A stretch of 64,000 nt of DNA from the human T2T-CHM13v2.0 reference genome, Homo sapiens: NCBI GenBank assembly GCA_009914755.4, contig CP086569.2, positions 16,800,001 to 16,864,000 of the forward strand. Direction: 5' to 3'. The notes beneath the pieces were generated by a model that saw only the letters and a list, made by a program, of their open reading frames with translations, had not been told where the DNA came from and ran no database searches. Below are positions 14,412 to 26,987 of the stretch, piece by piece. The first letter of the stretch is position 1; the number at the start of each line of letters is the position of its first letter. Position numbers and translations under genes: made by a program.

Positions 14412-14704
14412 TTTTTTTTTTTTTTTTTTTTTTGACACTGAGTCTCAACTCTGTCATCCAGACTGGAGTGTAGTGGTACAATTTCAGCTTACTGTAAACC
14501 CTGCCCCCAGGCTCAAGTGATTCTTCTGCTTCAGTGTCCTGAGTAGCTGGGACGATAGGAGTGCACTACCACAGCTGGCTAATGTTTTCTATTTTTTTGT
14601 ATAGAGATGGGGTTTTACCATGTTGGCCAGGTGGGTCTTGTATTCTTGGACTCAGGATCTCTGCCTAGGCCTCTCAAAGTTCTGGGATTACAGATGTGTG
14701 GCAC
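14412..14704 (-). mobile_element. Alu (diverged, AluJ-like), antisense, with a 22-bp poly-T tail and flanking TSD
   Basis: A T-run is followed by gacactgagtctcaactctgtcatccagactggagtgtagtggtacaat ... ctgggattacagatgtgtggcac. The direct repeat (a)actcatctttctt occurs at 14399-14413 and 14706-14719. Confidence 0.88.
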
Positions 14705-16359
14705 TGACTCATCTTTCTTAAAACATAGGTCTCAGTTAAGTTGACTGACCAAGCCCATAGTGTTGAATATTAAAATTGTTTCCAGTTTTGAGATATGATT
14801 TTCATATTTGTAATCTATTGCTACATTAAAACATCCCCTTAAAACTTAGCAACTTAATTATTGACATCACAGGTTCTGTGTGTCAGGAATCCAGGAGCAG
14901 ATGAGCTGAGTCCTCTGGCATAGGGACTCCTATAAAGTTGCAATTAAATGTCATCTGATATCAGGGGAACCCACCCCCCATATTTCAACGTAGTTTCTTT
15001 CTATTTTTGGTTAAGTGTCGGCCAGCTGAGAAATAAAGAGAAAGAATACAAAGAGAGGAATTTTACAGCTGGGCCACAGGGGTGACATAACGTGTTGGTA
15101 GTATGGTGATGTCCGCCTGAGCCTCAAAAGTAGCAAATTTTTATTAAGGAATTCAAAAGGGGAGGTGGTGTACGAACATGGAGTAGGTACAAAGATCACA
15201 TGCTTAAAAGGCAAAAAAGCAGAACAATGATCACATGCTTCTGAGGAAACAGGACAAGGGCAAAGCAGAACTCCTCATAAAGGTATATGTTCGACAGTAC
15301 ACATATTGTCTTGATAAAAATCTTAAACAACAGAAAAAAGTGTTCCAGAGCAGAAAACCTGTCTGACCACAAATTTACCAGGGTGGAGTTTCCAACCCTA
15401 ATAAGCCTGAGGGTACTGCAGGAGACCAGGGCGTATCTCAGTCTTTATCTCAACTGCATAGGACAGGCATTCCCAGGGCAGCCATTTATAGACCTCCCCC
15501 CAGGAATGCATTTCTTTCCCAGAGTTTTAATATTAATATTCCTTGCTAGGAAAAGAATTTAGTGATACCTTCCCTACTTGCACATCCATTTATAGGTTCT
15601 CTGCAAGAAGAAAAATATGGCTCCTTTTGCCCAACCCCTCAGGCACTCAAACCTTATAACCATAAGGTCTTCCCTTGTTCCCTAAAGTTTTCTATTATTC
15701 TGTTCCTTTTCAAGGTGCACTGTTTTCATTTGTTCAAACTCACATGTTTTACAATCAATTTGTACAGTTAACACAATTATCACAGTGGTCCTGAGATGAT
15801 GTATATCCTCAGTTTATGAAGATAAAGGGATTAAGAGATTAAAGACAGTCATAAGAAATTATAAAATTATTATTTGGGAACTGATAATTGTCCATGAAAT
15901 CTTCATAATTTAAGTTCCTCTGCTGCAGCTCCAGCTAGTCCCTCCATTTGGGGTCCCTGACTTCCTACAACAATCTGAGTCTGGGGTTTTATGTGAAAAC
16001 TTGACTGGACAAGAGTCTGCTTCCAGGCACACTGATGTTGCTTTTTGCCAATCTCAGTTCTTTACTAGCTGTTGTCCAGAGATGGCAATTCTTTTACATG
16101 TGGTCTTTATTGTAGGACATCTCCAATGGTTACAAAAGGTGTCCCTCAGAGGAAGCAGGTGAATGGTGATTCACAAGATAAAATTCTAATCTCAGTAGTG
16201 ATGGCCCATTTTTTGCTGTATTCTGGTAGAAGTAACTTCCTTGGTGCAATCCAAGCTGAAGGGAAGGACCTGCATGAGGTTGTAAATTTCGCAAGTGGAA
16301 AATAATTTGGGGACCCTCATAGATGCTGCTTATCATAACAACTAGTGAATATTTGTTTC

Positions 16360-16770
16360 TTGTGGGGAGGGCAGAGTTATGTATATAAATTTGGGGGTAC
16401 AAATGAAATTACATGCATAGACTGTATAATTGTCAAGTTAGAACTTTTTGAGTATCCATCACCTGAGTAATGAACATTGTACCATTAAATAAGTTTTATC
16501 ATTCATCTCCCTTCCATCCACTCACCCTGCCAAGTCTCCATTGTCTATCATTCTATTGTCTAAGTTCATCTGTACCCATTTTTAGCACCTACTTATGAAT
16601 AAGAACATGTGCTATTTGTCTTTCTGTGTCTAGCTTGTTTCACTTCAGCTAACAAACTCCATGATCCTGTTTCCATCCATGTTAATGCAAACAACATAGT
16701 TTCATTATTTTTGTGGCTGAATAGTACTGCATTCTATATATATATATACCAGGTTTTGTTTATCCTATAT
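16360..16770 (-). mobile_element. Old L1 (L1PB/L1MA-like) 3'-end fragment, antisense
   Basis: tttgggggtacaaatgaaattacatg...tcacctgagtaatgaacattgtacc...ctacttatgaataagaacatgtgctatttg...ccatccatgttaatgcaaacaacatagtttcattatttttgtggctgaatagtactgcattctat is the reverse complement of the old-L1 3' terminus. Confidence 0.8.
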
Positions 16771-16800
16771 TTGTAAATATTTATGTATGGATGTGATTGT

Positions 16801-17148
16801 TGTATTAGTCTCTTCTTATGCCACTAATAAAGACATACACGAGACTGGGTAATTTATAAAGGAAAGAGGTTTAATAGACTTACAGATCCATGTGCCTGGG
16901 GAGGCCTCAAAATAATGGCAGAAGATCATGAGGAGCAAAGTCATGTTTTACATAGTGGCAGGCAAGAGAGCTTGTGCAGGAGAACTCCCATTTATAAAAC
17001 TATCAGATTTCATGAGACTTATTCACTACCATGAGAACAGGAAACTATGACTACGATTCAACTATCTCCACCTGGCCCTGTGCTTGACACATGGAGATGA
17101 TTACAACTTGAGGTGAGGTTTGGGTGGGGACACAGCCAAACCATATCA
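16801..17148 (-). mobile_element. THE1/MST-type MaLR (ERVL-MaLR) solo LTR, antisense, copy 1 of 5
   Basis: tgtattagtctcttcttatgccactaataaagacatacacgagactgggtaatttataaaggaaagaggtttaa...ggaggcctcaaaataatggcagaag...gacttattcactaccatgagaacag...ggtttgggtggggacacagccaaaccatatca is the reverse complement of the THE1 LTR consensus (TGATATGGTTTGGCTGTGTCCCCACCC...GACTAATACA). Confidence 0.75.
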
Positions 17149-18925
17149 GTCATTTAGAGATAAAAACATACAAAGTGTGTGTGTGTATGTGTGTTTAATA
17201 TGAATTCATATTGTAGGTTGCCAATCCATGATCCATTTAATCTTCTTTTTAATGTCACCCATATTTTTATTTAGTATCCACCATTTATCCACATTGGCCA
17301 CATACCTCAATAGAGGCTAAACCTGACCCTAGTGCTCTGCTGAATCTCAGTTTGTTTAAACTGGTCAGCACATGGAGGACATAAGACCCAAGTAGTCCAA
17401 TTGGAACTAATATTGGGATTATGGCTCATCATGCATAGGTAGGAGCACTTCTCTTCTATGAACACAGTGACGTGTGCTTGTGATAGCTGGTATGCAACAG
17501 CCACTTTGGCAGTATGAAAGAGAGCAGGCTGAAAATGCAGCCAACTCCCTGCAAAAGGAAGACCAAAAGAATTTCACAAAAAAATGGAGAAGAAGTTATT
17601 AGTTAAATCAACCCTCAAAATTGTCCTACATCTGAATTTCAGCTACATGCATCAACATACATTGCTTTTTTAAAAGTCAGTTGGAGTAATATTTTTCCAT
17701 ATTTCTTTCCATCCAAAATTGTCTTACTAATGAATAATGTTGTAAGAAGTGGTTTGCCATAATTCACACATCTAATACGTTTAGCTGGTTGAATGAATGA
17801 TGAAGAGAGAAATAATTAAGAACTCCACTATTCTGAGATGTTAGTTTGATTATTATTAATAAGTAGTTACAAAACACTAGTTAAATTATCACCAATTATT
17901 TCTCAGGATGCAGTTTCTGGGCTATCAAGGTGTAGGGCAGCTGAAAGGCAAAATGTAGGGTGTTGGAGTGAATTAGCTACTTTCTGATGTTCTCAGCAAA
18001 CTTAAAATCAAGAGACAGGATTTTCCTAAAATTGGGCCATCTAAAATCAGAGGTGGGAAATACAGACTTTGTAAGAGAAGTCCATTATGCCTATCTAATA
18101 TAATTCAAAGTATCTTGAAAGATCCAAATTCTCTCTCAACCCCAAGCTACAGTTTGCAATAGATGTCCACTACCATGCCCCCTTCAGTTCTGCCCCATCT
18201 GTTCTTTTGTCTTTTCTGAGTTAGAAATGAACCACTCTATTCTTCAAGCTACTGAGGTCAAAAATAGAGGGAGTCATCCCTATCTCATTTCTTTCTTACA
18301 AATTCTTCAGCCAGGGTCAAATCAAATCCAAACCTTGACCCCTTCTCCCCACATTCTCCATCCCAACCTGATCCAAGTCTTCGTCACTTCTATCCCAGGT
18401 CGTGCAGGCAACCTGCCGACGGCAGCTTATTGACAACTCAGCAGGCAGGTGGGTTTTTTGCAAATGTAGATCGTGGGACTGTGTCACTTTTCTGCTTAAA
18501 TCTCTTGAATGGTTTCTCATTTTGATCAAAATAAAAATTAAACTTCTAATTCTATAACCTTTCTGGTCTTATTCCAAATTCCTTGTGTTGCTCATTCTAG
18601 TCCAGCCATAAAATCTTCCATAGTCTTTTGTAACGTCATTAATTATATATAGCCTCCTGTTCTATGAATTAGCACTTGCTAATATTTTCAACCTGGGTTG
18701 CCATTTCCTATATATCTGCATGGTTGCCCTATTAGATGTGAATGATAAATTGTACCCCGATTTGTTTCAGGTCTCTATTTAAATGTCATCTAATTCAAAA
18801 TATTTTTCTTGGGTTCCTTTTCTAAAATAACAACTTCTTCCCCATCCACTGTCTAACTATGCCATTTTATCCTATGCCACTTTTCTCTGTATCTGTGATC
18901 ATCTCTAGATAGATGTTATATCTGT

Positions 18926-19292
18926 TGATATGGTTTGGCTGTGTCTCCACCCAAACTCATCTTGAGTTGTAGTTCCCATAATCTCCACATGGCATGGGAG
19001 GGAACCTGTGGGAGGTAATTAAATCATGGCTGCAATTACCTCTATGCTGTTCTTGTGACAGTGATTTCTCATGAGATCTGAAGGTTTTATAAGGGGCTTT
19101 TCCCCCTTTTGATTTGCATTTCTTGCTGGTGCCATGTGAAGAAGGCTATGTGTCCTTCCCCTTCTGCCACTATTGTAAGTTTCCTGAGGCTTCCCCATTC
19201 CTGCAGAACTGGGAGTCAATTAAACCTCTTTCCTTTATAAATTATCCAGTCTTGAGTATTTCCTCATAGCAGTGTAAGAACTAACTAATACA
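18926..19292 (+). mobile_element. THE1/MST-type MaLR solo LTR, sense, copy 2 of 5
   Basis: tgatatggtttggctgtgtctccacccaaactcatcttgagttgtagttcccataatctccacatggcatgggagggaacctgtgggaggtaattaaatcatgg ... ttcctttataaattatccagtcttgagtatttcctcatagcagtgtaagaactaactaataca. Confidence 0.8.
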
Positions 19293-20964
19293 TCTGTTCA
19301 TTTGTTTTCAAATATGTGATTCCCCCAGCAGCATGGGTGATGTTATGACAAAGATTGTGTCTTATTTTCTCTTATTTCTCCAGCACAGGGAATAGAGCTT
19401 TTGATATACTTTGGCACTCAAAAATATTTTTAAGTAAAGAAAAATTTTCTAAATCTCAGTATCCACTTCTCCAAACATCTTACACAAAAAGGAAGGTCAT
19501 TCTAACACTCTTTTCCAAATGAATAGCTCTTACTCATATTGTGTGCCAACCAGATCCTGTGGAGAGGTGAAAGTTCTAAGGCACCTGGAAAGGACAGCTT
19601 CCACAGGTCACTTGCAAGCAAATTCTTTGCAGGCCTCCCAGAAACAAGGACATGCCAATCATAACTTCAGTATACAATCAATCAAAATCTAGCTCCTAAC
19701 ACTACACATTGATAATGTTCACTACAAGCTTACCTCCCAGATGCAAAGTCAAGACTTTTTCCTCCACCTATGCAGAGATGTCTGCATAATTGACTCTTCC
19801 TTTCCAACATTATCCATTCAGACTTCCACCTCAGCATACGGAATATGTAGTATTTGTCTAACCTCCTACCTGCCCCTCTTCCTCCATTCCTCCACACCTT
19901 TAAGGAAATGTATAAATACTAAACTTCCCGAAAACTTCTTTGGAAAAACAGCCACAGATGTGTCTGTGGCTCGTGTTTTTCCCAGACATTCCCCCAGAGA
20001 TTGAGATGTATGCCCATCACTCATGTTATTCGTCAGGAGAAGAAGCAGCTGTTGATGCCTTTATTAGAGAAAATGTTGACACAGAAAACAAACCTGTCCC
20101 AATATACCAGTGCATATTCAACTTAGTACAGGTTATAACATGGGAGGGGGATGTTTAAAGCTCTGCAGGTGATTTGAATAACAGCTGAGGTTGAGAATCA
20201 CTACAAAATGTTCTCTCCCTGCCAAGGAATATGACCAAGTTCTTTGTGATGTAACAGGCTGGATAAAGAACTGGGCTCAGGGAAGAGTATTCCACTGGAG
20301 AATCTCATTTCAAATTTTCCAGAGTCTGGAGTCAATATTAGTATTGACCATCATTCAACAGAATGGTTGGAGTATTGGGTAGTCTATGCACACCCACAGA
20401 GAATTGCATCTAAGAGATGGAGATTCTGAGACTCAACAATCATGAAGAGATCTCCTCTATTTTCAGCCCTTTGGGTGACTTGAAACATGCTAGACTTAAG
20501 GTAATTGTGTCACAAAAGTATGACCAAGCTTTGCCAGCACCCCTCTTCATTGGCAGCTCAAGATTTAAGATGGTCATCTCTTTACTCTTTCCACATCTAG
20601 TATCCCATACTTCCAGTCTTATTTCCCAATATCCTCTTCCCAAAGGGACATGCAAATTGCAGTTCTCTTTTTTCCTCCCCACTTTGGCCTATAGAAAGAC
20701 CTAATTGCCCACTTACAATGTATAGCATTGACCTTGCCACCTGACATTTACCAACATTGTCCATTACTTTTATTTCATTTCATTCCAATTATGAAAAATA
20801 GATTAAGAGATGGCATTGTTTTGATTTTGCTTTTCTTGAATAGTTGAGATAGTGAACAGCTGATAGACTTATTTGCCTGTTTCTTACTTTTTGATCCCAC
20901 TTTTATTAAGACTTTTATTTGCTATGGAGTTACTAAAGCCTTCTTTCTTCCATTTTACTTTTAT

Positions 20965-21065
20965 ATTTTTGTAGAGACAAGGTCTCACTATGTTGCCCAG
21001 GTTCTCAAACTCATGGCCTCAAGTAATACTCCTGCTTGACCTACCAAATCACTGGCATTATAGGC
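20965..21065 (-). mobile_element. Alu left-arm fragment (FLAM-like), antisense
   Basis: tttttgtagagacaaggtctcactatgttgcccaggttctcaaactcatggcctcaagtaatactcctgcttgacctaccaaatcactggcattataggc. Confidence 0.65.
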
Positions 21066-23283
21066 TTTATCAAAGAAGATCAAGCCTGGCCAAAGTAGAG
21101 ACCTCTTTCTATCAGCCAATGTGGGGTATTGTTATAGAGCCAGAGCATCTGGTCACTGTTATGTAATGGTTTGTCTGTCTTATGAGGCACAAGACTAGCA
21201 AAAATGTGTGGCCATGTTTGCATTCCCTGAGTAACAAGCAAGCAAGTTCTTTTATGCTCTTTCGCTATAAATGACTTCAAAGATTTATTTGGAAACTTGG
21301 AATGATACTTGCCTGAGTAAAGGCCTAAACGCATTTTACATAATATGAGCTGGCACTCACTTGCCCAGCAAAAGCTATGGAAAGATTCATATCAGTTGCT
21401 TTTGGAAAAGTTGTCCTCATATTCTCTTGGAGGGTCTAGGTGGAAGGCCAATATCCGCCTCTTTGTCATTTGCACAGTCATCAATATTCAGTGAGCCATA
21501 CAATTGGAAGGAGTGTAGAAGCTTCAGATAATTAAAGTTTCTCATCTTCAGAGGGAAGGCTGAATGAACATATATTTTGTTGGGCAGTAACAACGGATAA
21601 GGACAAATAGAACATTTGACCAGTCTGTCCTTAGAAAATTAAAAACAAAAACTATGTATGATCCAGACTAATGGTAAATAACTTATATTCCATGGACCCA
21701 GACTGTTTTGTAATTAAAATGTTATTAGACCACAGCCATGCCCACCCACTTAGAGACTGTGGATACACATTTTTCCACTACCTGACTCTTTATAGAAAAA
21801 GTTTGCCAACTTCTTGTCTAGATGAGAAAGGGAAGAGATAGGTATAATGTTAGCAAACACTAAGGCAGAATTATATGTTGCAAATAGTTGTGCTGGTCCT
21901 CATTTTGCATTCATATTTGCATATGGATTATGTTGGTTGTAGTATATTGGTACATTTTATATAGTTTATAAATCTACAAATATATAAACGACTTTATACA
22001 GTTTATCAACCTGTAAATCTTTACAATGATGGGTTCTTTCTATGGTTTTATAGCTAAGAAAGTTTATTCTAAACATGGAATTAGATAATATTAATGTTTG
22101 TTATTTTATGCTTGTATTGGAGCTTTCTCTTCTTTGTTTATGTGACTTAGGAAAAAACATTTTAGACATGCAAAATATACATAGAAAATTTTTATATCTA
22201 AGGGTCACCAGCATTATGAAATGAGCTAGGAAGATTTTACATTTACATTTTTGAAAGAGTTTATGAAGTTAATGTATTTTCTTTATTGAAATTTTACTAA
22301 ACTTCACCTATAAAACTGACCAGGCATAGTGCTTTTTGGAAGGGGCAGAACATATTTTTGACTGCTATTTCAACACAATGGAGTCCCTGGTCACAGTTAC
22401 CAAAATAGTCAAAGAATAGTCTATATCCATAGAACATTATGAGATGTGAAGACAGAAAACAGTAATGGAATGTCTGAGGTCCATGAGAGGTGGAAGAAAC
22501 ATGTCCTGTATATAATATCACATTTTCCATTCAATCTTGTGTGGTATATTGCAGTTACAAAGAGAAAGCTATATTGGAGTTTCACAGCTGGCCCTAACAG
22601 TTTAACCTTAGGGGATAGATTCTGAACAGTCCTAGTTTCTCTTAGCAAAATCAATTAATTCTCTGGACCAGATTTTTTGGGGTGGTACAATTGGTGGGTA
22701 AACAAAACCACACTACTCAGTTTAAACTTGTCTTCCTGACACAACTTAAAACTTAACAAATTTTTTTTATTATCAAACGCTTGCTAATGAGTATAATAAG
22801 CTGTTTGTCACATGGATGGCCCCAAGGATTGGATTGTTTCTAGGGTTATTTTGACATACAAATATGAAAAGAGGTGTCTTTAAATATTTCTCCCACCTAA
22901 AAATACATGTTTTCAGTCAGAAATTTCACACTGTAGAGTTGATTAATGATTAGCAAATACCATCAGTTCCCTATTCAAGAAATTTCAGGATAGGCGGTTG
23001 ATGCCAGTGAATGATATTTTGTGAGCAAACTTTCCACATTAATTAGGTGGTAGTGCTTTTACAATTTTACCATTTTTAATCTATCCTTGTAAAAAAGTTG
23101 ATGAGTAAGACACAGATTTGTTGTATATCATTTCATAGCAGGTGAGAGGTAAACATGGTAAGTAGAGTGTTTGCCATCAGATAACAAAAGACGGGCAATC
23201 CACTCCTGATTCCAGAAATATCAGACTGCTTCCTAAAGCAAAGAGACCATGAGAAAATTACCTTCTTTGGAAAGTAGCATTTC

Positions 23284-23374
23284 ATACAATACAATACAAT
23301 ACAATACAATACAATACAATACAATACAATACAATACAATACAGTACAATACAGTACAATACAGTACAATACAG
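23284..23374. repeat. Pentanucleotide microsatellite, (ACAAT)n about 12 units followed by a (ACAGTACAAT)n variant
   Basis: caatacaatacaatacaat...acagtacaatacagtacaatacag. Confidence 0.9.
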
Positions 23375-24767
23375 AAAAAAAGATCATTTTTGAATATTTT
23401 CCTGAAACATACTAAAAAAAAAAAAGTCTCCTGAACTTAGAAACCCTTCTCAGAAATAACCAGCTATCTAAACGAGATTTGCTATATAACTTGCGTATTT
23501 CTATGCCTTCTCTTTCACTCTTTGGCCTTCAAATACACATTTGTTGTTCTCAAATTCTATTGTCAATCTTAGGAAGACTGAAACAATAGGTAACAAGAAA
23601 ATGAAATATAATTTTGCATTTGAAATTCAGCAAGGTCTATCCATACTGTAATAGCTGCCTTCATTGTAATTAATATATCATATGGGTGATCACTGAAGAG
23701 ACAGAATTTAGTTATATGAAAATCACAGGAATCCCTATCTACTGCCTCAACTAGGGAGACTCAGTCTATGAAAGGGACTTTAAAAAAAGTCAGTTCTTAT
23801 TGTAGTATGTGGTGTGCTGTCAATCTTTTCTAGAGACACTGCTCTTTGGTCTAATAAAACATCGTATTTTATCTATTGTTCTTTGCCCATGTTTTAGTAA
23901 CAAATCATGAGGGCAATCCTATTGCTCCATTTAAACTTGCACCATATAATAAAACTACTTTCTTAGGGGGCACCCTGCGTTGGATATTGGATATATGAAT
24001 ATACCGTGCTCCAAGAGATTCAGACTTTGGATAATTCTGTCCTATCCTGGAAGTTAAAATGATGGTATCTCATTACAGAATCAGCTGTGACTGTAATGTG
24101 GCTTATTTAAAGGGGTCACTTATTCTTTGCATTTAGCAGAGTTCCTCACAGTCAGAGGCAAACCACCTACTTCCTGTGAATCAATACCATCGTATAAAAT
24201 TTTTAAAGCTCCCAATTTGTAACTCATCTTGTTCATTGTCATGTATAGATTAAGCAGACTTTGCTATCCATGACCCCAGTCCCTCCTTCATCCTGACGGT
24301 ATATTAAAGTCAGTTTCTGAAGCAAATGATCTGAGTTTAGAGTTGAAAAATTGCATCTTCATCCTAGATTTTACAAAAATTCATGGCAAGGTCATCATCC
24401 CTCAAGTCTTCCTGGAACAATGCTGTTTAGCAATTTTGGTCCCAAAGCCTTATTTGTTAAATCATTCAAAATATCAAAATTGTACTTTTGCTCCTAAGAC
24501 TTAAATTCTGGGAAGTGTACCAGGAGTCAGTTAGTCATAGTCATTTACAATTGCTAAATGATTTTATTTGAGAGTAAATCTGATAGCTTTGAGAAAACAT
24601 ACAAATGGAAATCCAGAGAAGAGACTTTGTACAGAAAAACAACTATTTCACAAGGAACTGTGCCTGATCAAATGATATTAAAGCAACTTGTCAATGAGAA
24701 TGTGCCTCTTTCCTTTCTTCTTTATGGGCTGCTTTAGAAATAGTTTCAGTTTAAGAATCAATTAGAT

Positions 24768-25125
24768 TGATTAGTCCATTTTCACACTGCTACTAAAGAT
24801 ATGCCTGAGAGTGGGTAAATTATAAGGAAAAAGAGGGTTAATGGACTCAAAATTCCACGTGGCTGAGGAGGCCTCACAATTATGGTGGAAGGTGAATGAA
24901 GAGGAAAGTCACATCTTACATGGTGGCAGGCAAGAGAGAATGAGTACCAAGTGAAAGGGCTTTCCCTTTATAAAACCATCAGATATCATGAGATTTATCC
25001 ACTACCATGAGAGCAGTATGGGGGGAACTGTACCCATGATTTAACTATCTCTCACCAATCCCTCCCTCAACACATGGGAATATGGTAGCTAAAATTCAAG
25101 ATGAGATTTGGGTAGGGACAAAATG
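24768..25125 (-). mobile_element. THE1/MST-type MaLR solo LTR, antisense, copy 3 of 5
   Basis: tgattagtccattttcacactgctactaaagatatgcctgagagtgggtaaattataaggaaaaagagggttaatggactcaaaattccacgtggctgaggaggcctcacaattatggtggaagg ... atgagatttgggtagggac. Confidence 0.75.
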
Positions 25126-25249
25126 TCTTCTCATCCTCAAATTCAAATGTTGCTGTATCCAAATATTCCCTGTTTTTCTGGGTTCAAACCAAATGTCACT
25201 TCATTAAACACAGAGCCATAATTTTCTTTCAGAGATAATCTAATTTAGA

Positions 25250-25709
25250 TACATGCACTTGTATGTTTATTGCAGTACTATTCACAGCAGCAAACACATG
25301 GAGTCAACCCAGGTTCCCGTCACTGGTGGATTAGGTAAAGAAAATGTGGTGCATATGGGCCATGGAATATTACATAGTCATAAAAAATAACAACATCATG
25401 TCCTTTGCAGCAACGTAGTTGTAGCTAGAGGTCATTATCCTAAGTCAATTAACAAAGGAATGGAAGACCAAATGCCACAGGTTTTCACTGATAAGTGGGA
25501 GCTAAACATTGGGTATTCATGGGCATAAAGATGGGAACAGTAGACACTGGTAGTTACTAAAATAGGGAAGGATGGAGGGTGGTGATAGTAAAAAAACTAG
25601 CTGTTGGGTACTCTGCTCAATACCTGGGTGGGGAGATCAATTGTACCCTAAGTATGCTATATATCCAGGTAACAAATCTGCATATGTATGCCCTGAATCA
25701 AAAAAAAAA
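25250..25709 (+). mobile_element. L1 (L1PA/PB-like) extreme 3' end, sense, with a short poly-A tail
   Basis: gtatgtttattgcagtactattcacagcagcaaacacatggagtcaacccag...gaaaatgtggtgcatatgggccatggaatattacatagtcataaaaaataacaacatcatgtcctttgcagcaacg...ttttcactgataagtgggagctaaacattggg ... aaaaaaaaa. Confidence 0.8.
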
Positions 25710-26525
25710 GTTAAAATTACTGATAAAAAGTAAACTTTTTTCTCTAAAATCCAATATGCTGCTATTTGTTTTTTGCAAATTACATGCTCCATACTTTATC
25801 TTGTATAACATCTTTTTGTGTGTTTGCTTTTTAATCTTAATTATATTGTCAGTTTCTATTTTTCATTTTAGAACTTCCAGGATATTGTACTGCATGCAAG
25901 AGGTACAAAGACAAATATCTGCTTAATGAATTCATAATTTCCCTCAATAGACCCTCACATATAAATTTGGATCAACCAGTAATTATCATGAAGTTTCTCA
26001 AATATCATCAGGCCATATAAATAATTGAAGAAGTCTACATCACAAAGAGTTCCTGCTATCATTATGCAAGCGCTCTCTCCCTGCAGTGATGAAATTACAC
26101 ACTTTAGATCAACCTAGGAGGAATTCAAACATTAGCAAATTCATGAGATGTGTTTCTGTTTTCACCTCAGCACTCAATTTAGCTGTGTCAGTATGGTCTT
26201 TGCTTGACTCACAATGCCATTACTTTATGCCATTTACAAGGCTGGTCACTCCATTTTGCAAAATGCTTGTGAAATATAGGCTTTCATGCAAAAGGCATTA
26301 ATAAGAGCAGAAGTCTTCATCTAAGACAAGCAATTTTAGTCCTTAACAGTAACAGGGTAAGCAATGGTTAACAAATTTGCTAATTGTTTTTCCATTCTTT
26401 GGAGCTTTATGTGATCTTTAATTAAAGATACTGTAATTAAGGGGAAAAAATGAATGGCCATTTTTCAATATTTATCTTCTTTTTGTTTCATTTCTCTTTT
26501 TTTCCTACAGTGAACCAAAACTATG

Positions 26526-26650
26526 AAGGAAGGAAGGAAAGGAGGAAGGAAGGAAGGAAGGAAGGAGGGAAGGAGGGAAAGAAGGAAGGAAGGGAGGGAA
26601 GAAAGAAGGAAGAAAGGAAGGAAGGAAAGAAGGGAGGGAGAGAGGGAGCA
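26526..26650. repeat. (GGAA)n / (GGGA)n purine-rich microsatellite, about 30 units, imperfect
   Basis: ggaaggaaggaaaggaggaaggaaggaaggaaggaaggagggaaggagggaaagaaggaaggaagggaggg... It abuts the tail of the following antisense Alu. Confidence 0.9.
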
Positions 26651-26690
26651 GAAAGGACGAAAAAGAGAAAACCGGGGCATACTTTCTTAA

Positions 26691-26987
26691 CTTTTTTTCT
26701 TTTTTGAAACAGGGTCTTATTCTATTACCCAGCTGGGTGCAGTGGCATAATCTCAGCTCACTGCAGGCTCAACCTCCTGGACTCAAGCTATCCTCCTGCT
26801 TCAGCCTCCCATGTAGCTGGGAATACAGGTGTGTATCATCATATCTTGCTGATTTTTGTATTTTTTTGCACAGACCGGGTCTCACCACATTGCCTAGGCT
26901 GGTTTTGAACTCCTGGACAGAAGTGATCTACCCACCTTGGCCTCCCAAAGAGCTGGTAATACTGGCAGGAGCTGCCAAGCCCAGTCA
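26691..26987 (-). mobile_element. Alu (diverged, AluJ-like), antisense. Its T-rich tail abuts the (GGAA)n tract.
   Basis: tttttgaaacagggtcttattctattacccagctgggtgcagtggcataatctcagctcactgcaggctcaacctcctggactcaagc...gcctcccatgtagctgggaatacaggtg...ttttgaactcctgg...ccttggcctcccaaagagctgg. Confidence 0.85.

Noticed and set aside
26450-26707. ORF encoding an EGRKE/GREG-repeat peptide on the plus strand, and an LPSF-repeat peptide on the minus strand
   Set aside because: It is a translation of the (GGAA)n microsatellite and is not a gene.
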